This document shows, one piece after another, positions 59,079-64,000 of a stretch of 64,000 bases of DNA. How positions within the stretch are numbered: position 1 is the stretch's first letter; each line of letters begins with the position of its first letter. Origin of the DNA: a virus; the IMG/VR virus record IMGVR_UViG_3300032050_000079, positions 13,336-77,335 of that record, one strand, 5' to 3'. A model generated the notes under the pieces. The model saw only the letters and a list, made by a program, of their open reading frames with translations, was not told where the DNA came from and made no database searches. A program made the translations under genes and the position numbers.

Positions 59079-59392
59079 ACTTCTTGCGTATCAGCTGGTT
59101 CTGTCTTTGTAGACTTTTTTGCAGCGGGTTCAGCCTTTTCTTTTGGCTGCTCTTGCTCTTTTTGCTTAGGTTCTTCTTTTGCTACTTCAGTAGGTGTTTG
59201 CTCAACTTCTACTACTTCATCGTCATCTTCAGTGAGGGCTTCAAATATATCGGAAAACGCATCAACAATATCAACGAGAATTTGAAGAGCTAATCTTACT
59301 TGACCATTTTCTACGGCTTCTTTAAATCCTTCAACTGCATTCTCTTCTCTAAGATACTGTTTAGAGATTTCTGACTCAATAATAAAACTCAT
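59075..59392 (-). CDS. Hypothetical acidic protein
   Basis: 105-aa ORF coupled to its neighbours. Confidence 0.6.
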   Translation of the reverse strand: MSFIIESEISKQYLREENAVEGFKEAVENGQVRLALQILVDIVDAFSDIFEALTEDDDEVVEVEQTPTEVAKEEPKQKEQEQPKEKAEPAAKKSTKTEPADTQEV

Positions 59393-59401
59393 TTTATTTC
59401 C

Positions 59402-61033
59402 TTATTTTTCTGTTTCAACATCTACTGGATATATATTATACTCGTCTTCTAGCAAACTTTCAACAAGACCAAGCCAGGCATTGTCGGATCTTTTTATATT
59501 TGGCGAAGTATTTCTTCCTTGTTGATTTTGTGGCCTAACAGAGTTGCCTGGCCCTCTTCTTTTTGAAGGGAGGTTTCTTTGACCTTTGTTAGCAGGCTCT
59601 TGTTTGTCTGCATCTTTAACGACGTCTGTTTGCGCATCTTGCGCAGCTTGTGATTGAGCCATTGCCATATCCATTTGAACTTTAGCCTGTTTGGCCTGAA
59701 ACATATCATCTTCTTCTGCTTCTGGATCAACACCTAAGGCTATTCTTGCTTCTGTTAAGCCAATTAAATTGCTAACATACTTTTGTATAATATGAGTTTC
59801 TTTTTTGACTTGAGTGTCAACATCGATTTCATTAAACTTAAAGTAGCATCTATCAGATGTATCGCTTCCAAGAGGATTTGTAATTGGATCAAATCCGCCT
59901 TCAAATAATAGCTCATTAAATATATGAACCCTTATCATTTCCGCAAACTGCTTTTGGAACTGCTTTATCTTGTCATATAAAGCGGTATCTAGTCTTTCAG
60001 TCATCGCTCTATTTCCACCATTTAAGGTCATACCTAAATGATGAGGAGCAACGCCGAGTCCAATAGCAACTCTTTCTTTAAAGTGATCTAAGTATGCACT
60101 TGCATCTAGTGCCGCATTATTTGCACCAATAACATCTACGTCGTGCCTAAATGGCAGAATTAATCCACCTTCTGCTCTAAGGTTTTCTATCTCAGAGGCT
60201 GCTTGATCAATTTCTTCTGGCTCTGCTGGCTGATCGGCAGTTCCAATTCTGTACTTATAAAGAGGAAATAGTTCTCTGTGAACAAGATTTTGTATGTCTT
60301 CTTCCATTTGCCTTAAAGCAACAACGTCATCCAAAACGTTTGACATAAATGGAGTTCCAAATGCTCGTCCTGGTTTTCTGTCAAAGAAAAGATGTATAAC
60401 TCTTTCTGCTGACCAAACTGGATCTCTATCTGTTGGTGCGTAAGTTAAAGGATCTGTTTGTTGCTGATAAGACTTAGGTCTATTGTATCTATCGCGCAAA
60501 ATTCTAGTTTGTTCTGTTGGAATTAAATAATACCCAACAACAGGCTGACTGGCATTAACGGGTTCTATCTTAGAAGGAAAGTATTCTGATAAATCTCCTC
60601 TTCCTTTTACAATAAAAACGTTTGCGAACTTAAAAAGCTGATCAGATAAATCAATAAGAAAATCAAGAAAAGGCCTTTTCATAGCCATTTCCATATAGTC
60701 AATTCTTTGATACAAGTATTCAACAGCTGCTGGATTTTCTCCAACTATCTGCCAACCTTCTTTCCAAAAAAGATCTTTGTACTTTCCTACTGCTTGTCTA
60801 ACATAAGAGTCGGTATCAACGGCTTGAAGAATGCGGTCAAAGTCATATGGCGACGGCTCAAAATTGCTTCTACCTGTATAAAAATAATTTGTCCCCTGAT
60901 ATCCTAGGGCTAAGGCAGCAACCTTCATCGTCTTAGCTAAGCCACTAATTTGTGTAGCATCTAGCTGCGCTGATGCAAAGTCGAACTCTTGACTAGATGA
61001 CTGTTGAAAAGGTAAATACTGACGTATGGGCAT
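59402..61033 (-). CDS. Portal protein
   Basis: VIHLFFDRKPGRAFGTP..SNVLDDV, GLGVAPHHLG and LIGLTEARIALG; size and position before the protease and capsid genes. Confidence 0.85.
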   Translation of the reverse strand: MPIRQYLPFQQSSSQEFDFASAQLDATQISGLAKTMKVAALALGYQGTNYFYTGRSNFEPSPYDFDRILQAVDTDSYVRQAVGKYKDLFWKEGWQIVGENPAAVEYLYQRIDYMEMAMKRPFLDFLIDLSDQLFKFANVFIVKGRGDLSEYFPSKIEPVNASQPVVGYYLIPTEQTRILRDRYNRPKSYQQQTDPLTYAPTDRDPVWSAERVIHLFFDRKPGRAFGTPFMSNVLDDVVALRQMEEDIQNLVHRELFPLYKYRIGTADQPAEPEEIDQAASEIENLRAEGGLILPFRHDVDVIGANNAALDASAYLDHFKERVAIGLGVAPHHLGMTLNGGNRAMTERLDTALYDKIKQFQKQFAEMIRVHIFNELLFEGGFDPITNPLGSDTSDRCYFKFNEIDVDTQVKKETHIIQKYVSNLIGLTEARIALGVDPEAEEDDMFQAKQAKVQMDMAMAQSQAAQDAQTDVVKDADKQEPANKGQRNLPSKRRGPGNSVRPQNQQGRNTSPNIKRSDNAWLGLVESLLEDEYNIYPVDVETEK

Positions 61034-61064
61034 TGGGGCACTCCAGAGGTTTAGTTTGTTGCTC

Positions 61065-61072
61065 TATAGTAC
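61065..61072 (-). promoter_or_regulatory. Candidate late-promoter motif GTACTATA upstream of the portal gene
   Basis: Variant of the shared intergenic motif. Confidence 0.4.
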
Positions 61073-61091
61073 GGTTTTTTATTTAATATAT

Positions 61092-61268
61092 TCAGCTTTT
61101 AAGGCCAGTTGCTTCAAACGTCTTAGTGAGAATAATATTTTTAACCGCTTCAAGCCAAAAAATTGTTTCTGGCTCTGAAAAATCACTCTTATAGGCCAGG
61201 TTTGCTTCGCTAATGTTGATAGTGATTGTAAATTCTTTTGGTGCTTCTACTGCTGTTTCTTCTGACAT
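61092..61268 (-). CDS. Hypothetical protein (58 aa, not in the ORF track)
   Basis: MSEETAVEAPKEFTITINISEANLAYKSDFSEPETIFWLEAVKNIILTKTFEATGLKS; starts 1 nt after the upstream stop. Confidence 0.6.
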   Translation of the reverse strand: MSEETAVEAPKEFTITINISEANLAYKSDFSEPETIFWLEAVKNIILTKTFEATGLKS

Positions 61269-61269
61269 T

Positions 61270-61452
61270 TTACTTTTCTTTCTTTGCTGTTTGTGGAACT
61301 GAAAAATCTTCTTTTTGTTCTGACGCCTGCTGTATTTGAGATACTAGTTGCTTGATTGTTGCCTCTTTAACAACTAGCTCTGTCATAAGCTGGCTAACTT
61401 TTTCTTGAAATGATTGAATAATTAGATTTACATCTAAATTAGACTCTTGCAT
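61270..61452 (-). CDS. Hypothetical coiled-coil protein
   Basis: 60 aa with an AGGAG RBS. Confidence 0.6.
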   Translation of the reverse strand: MQESNLDVNLIIQSFQEKVSQLMTELVVKEATIKQLVSQIQQASEQKEDFSVPQTAKKEK

Positions 61453-61497
61453 TGTTTCTCCTAATATAGAAATTACTTGTAGAGTATATCAGCAATA

Positions 61498-63646
61498 TTA
61501 TTGTGCTGCAAGTTGCTCTTCTAAAGATTCAATTCTATTATTCAAATATTTAACAGCACCAACTAGTGTAGCTATTAAGGCGTTTTCTTTCCACATTTTT
61601 CTAGTAAAGTATTTTTCATTATCCAAAGAAAGACTATTTATTAATTCTTGGTCATCTTCGTTTGATAAATTTTCATATTCTACAGTTGGAATTGTTCCAA
61701 CATATTTAAAATTAGATTCATCAAAATCTTCTATAATAAAACCTCTATCTCCATCTTTTAAATTGTATTGAAGTGATTTTAGTGAATCTTTTCTTTTACT
61801 TATATAACTAAAATCTTTTACTGGCGGAAGACTTAATATATCTTGCATAGCTTCTTCTGGTGTTACAATTTTAATATTTTCTTTAATCTTAATAGTAGAA
61901 GTTTTACTTGCTATAAAGTAGCCAGTTCCAGCACTTACGAATCCGAGAGCAATAGTAAGAGGGGTTCCTTCTCCGGGTATCAACATCGCTGAATCCAGCA
62001 ACGTTAAAAATGTCTGACCTACTAGTTCCAAGCGCTCCAGCAGAGACTAAGGCGATGTCTCCATGAAAAGTATGCTCTCTAGTTGCAGCTGTTGCATAAG
62101 GTGTAGCTACATCGTTTCTCCTACCGTAGACTATTCTATTATTTCTACTAGACTGAATGTTAACTGCATCATCTGTGTCTACTCCTAATGTATTTTGCGA
62201 CTTGCGAATAGTTAAGTAATCATTTTCTTGACCAATCCTTAGACTCTTGTTTGCTCCAGCGTAAATAAAAATTTGACCTGTCGATGACCCAGTAGGAGAT
62301 CCAGTTGCTCTAATTTGCAAACCCAAATCTCCAACAGTGCCTGTTGCATAGATGTTGTTTGCAAACACATTTCCAGAACTGTCTATTTGAAATGTTGGAC
62401 TGGCAACATCTGAGTTTTTGATTGTCGCACCGATTATCTGTCCTCCATTAATTTTTCCTGTAGCTGTTATATTTCCGCTAAATGTTCCTGCAGTAGCATT
62501 GATAGTTCCATCTACTGTTAGATTTGTTCCATCAAAATATAGTTTACTGCCTAAAGAAAATTTATTTGCAGAAACGCTATCTGATGTATTCCAGCCAACA
62601 AACATAACAGAGCTTTTATATCCACCTGCTCCAAACTGTAAAGAATTGGTTCCTATTGTTAATCCACCTGCGCTTGAGCTACTAATAGTTGCATTAGTTG
62701 TTATTGCTCCTGTTACGGTTAATGTGTTGTCATCCCACTGCATGTAGTTGGTGGAGTTTCCCACTTTTAGAAGAGATCCAGAACCTGTTCCTCCAGTTGG
62801 ATTCCAATACAGTCGGTTTGTTGCATTACCAACTACAAATTCAGAATTTGACGTGTCATTTGCGGCGTTTCTTGCCCATCTATTATCAGCATTGATAAAA
62901 ATAGAGTTCGCAGATAATGTTCCTCTAATTGAAGCAGCGTCGAATTGTGCCGTTCCGTCGCCTTTAATTATCCAACCCTTGCCAGTGCCTCCCTGGTCAA
63001 CTGGAACACTTCCTGCAACAAAGTTGGAAGATCTAATCACGGACATTCCATTGGTTGGACTATACTCTTCTAAAGTTCCTGATGCGTTTTGCAGAATAAC
63101 TTGCTCAGCCGTTATCAATCCAGAAGTTATTTTTCCTGCGGTTAGCGATCCTATGTACTGGTCAGTGATTAAAGGTGTATTGCCATTGTGAGTTACCAAA
63201 CTAGTCCAAGCTCCTGCATTACCTGAAGTATTGATTGCTCTTACTCTACCGTAATATTTAGTGTTGGTGACTGTCTCTACACCTGTTGTTGCATTAACTG
63301 TTCTTGTACTGTTTGCGACTGATACAACAAAAACTGTTGATCTTTTACGGCCTGTAGAAACTAAATTAGATGATGTAGTTGCTCCATCATATATCTCATA
63401 CTCATATTCGGAAAAATCTTGATCTGCAACTGGTTGAAAAATAAACATTACAGATTCAAAATTAGAAACAATAGAAAAAGTATTTATGTCAATTTCACTT
63501 GGCACTGACCCTGAAGATGGCGTTTTAATTCTTATGGAATCTGGAATTTCGTCTGATGCAGATATTTCTGTATTCTTTGGCTTAACTGCAAAAAGATAAT
63601 TGGAATCTGGTTTTAAGCCACTAACTGTTTTTCTTATGATTGCCAT
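61498..63646 (-). CDS. Tail fibre/host-specificity protein (~715 aa) with FN3-like domains and a C-terminal S74-type intramolecular chaperone; joins ORFs 61904..63646 and 61498..62031 via a +1 shift
   Basis: GLKPDSNYLFAV and YYGRVRAINTSGN (FN3); LTAGKITSG; chaperone signature STIKIKENI...GFIIED...LVGAVKYLNNRIESLE. Confidence 0.75.
61973..61975 (-). other. +1 frameshift site (ACC CGG A -> ACC GGA)
   Basis: First in-frame CGG of the gene; DVDT|GEGTPL joins the fibre to the chaperone domain. Confidence 0.8.
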
Positions 63647-64000
63647 TATCTTACTACTCCTGTTGAAATGAATGCTATATCGTCTTTTATCTCTTCTTTT
63701 TTAATCAATAAATTATAATTCTTAGAAAAAGCGTATTTACTAATTTTACATTTTTTATTTGTTGATGCTAAATTCTTTTTATCCAATACTTCTATCTCAA
63801 AAGAAAAAGATCCATATATATCTTCATAGTCTTCTAGTTCAGTAAAAGTTTTAGTATCTATAGAATAAATAATTGTATCTGATAAAGCTGTTGCAGAATA
63901 TAGATCTATTTCTTCTTCTTTCATTACTTTTTGTCCTATGCCAGAAGAAGAAGTTTTTACTATTTTTATTTTTACAGTTCCTGCTTCAGTATTTTTATCT
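63646..64000 (-). CDS. C-terminal part of a structural/hypothetical protein starting beyond the right edge
   Basis: The frame is open from 64000 through the listed 92-aa ORF; TAATG overlap with the fibre gene. Confidence 0.6.
   Translation of the reverse strand, partial: DKNTEAGTVKIKIVKTSSSGIGQKVMKEEEIDLYSATALSDTIIYSIDTKTFTELEDYEDIYGSFSFEIEVLDKKNLASTNKKCKISKYAFSKNYNLLIKKEEIKDDIAFISTGVVR

Overview
This window is a 64-kb piece of the virion-morphogenesis region of a large, AT-rich, contractile-tailed (myovirus-like, probably jumbo) bacteriophage. All credible genes lie on the minus strand. Reading right to left, they encode a tail fibre with a chaperone, portal, glycosyltransferase, prohead protease/scaffold, decoration protein, HK97-type major capsid protein, a chain of fibre/collagen/Gly-rich proteins, a cluster of tailoring enzymes (2OG-Fe(II) oxygenase, flavin-dependent halogenase), neck proteins, two sheath and three tube paralogues, tail chaperones, a tape-measure-like protein, a ~1750-aa protein with the motifs of a single-chain two-barrel (QDE-1/YonO-like) RNA polymerase, a ~3600-aa baseplate hub ending in a thermonuclease domain, a peptidase/transglycosylase lysin, and baseplate wedge genes. 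The main observation is that seven genes are broken by 11 apparent +1 frameshifts, and every one falls at an in-frame CGG codon (CGGA x10, CGGC x1). Skipping the C gives a Gly codon (GGA/GGC) and restores the ORF. In a by-eye scan I found no in-frame CGG anywhere else in the restored genes. This suggests systematic CGGN-to-Gly (+1 or quadruplet) recoding of late genes. A context-specific sequencing error still has to be excluded with reads or proteomics. All calls come from motif recognition and gene order, not database searches.
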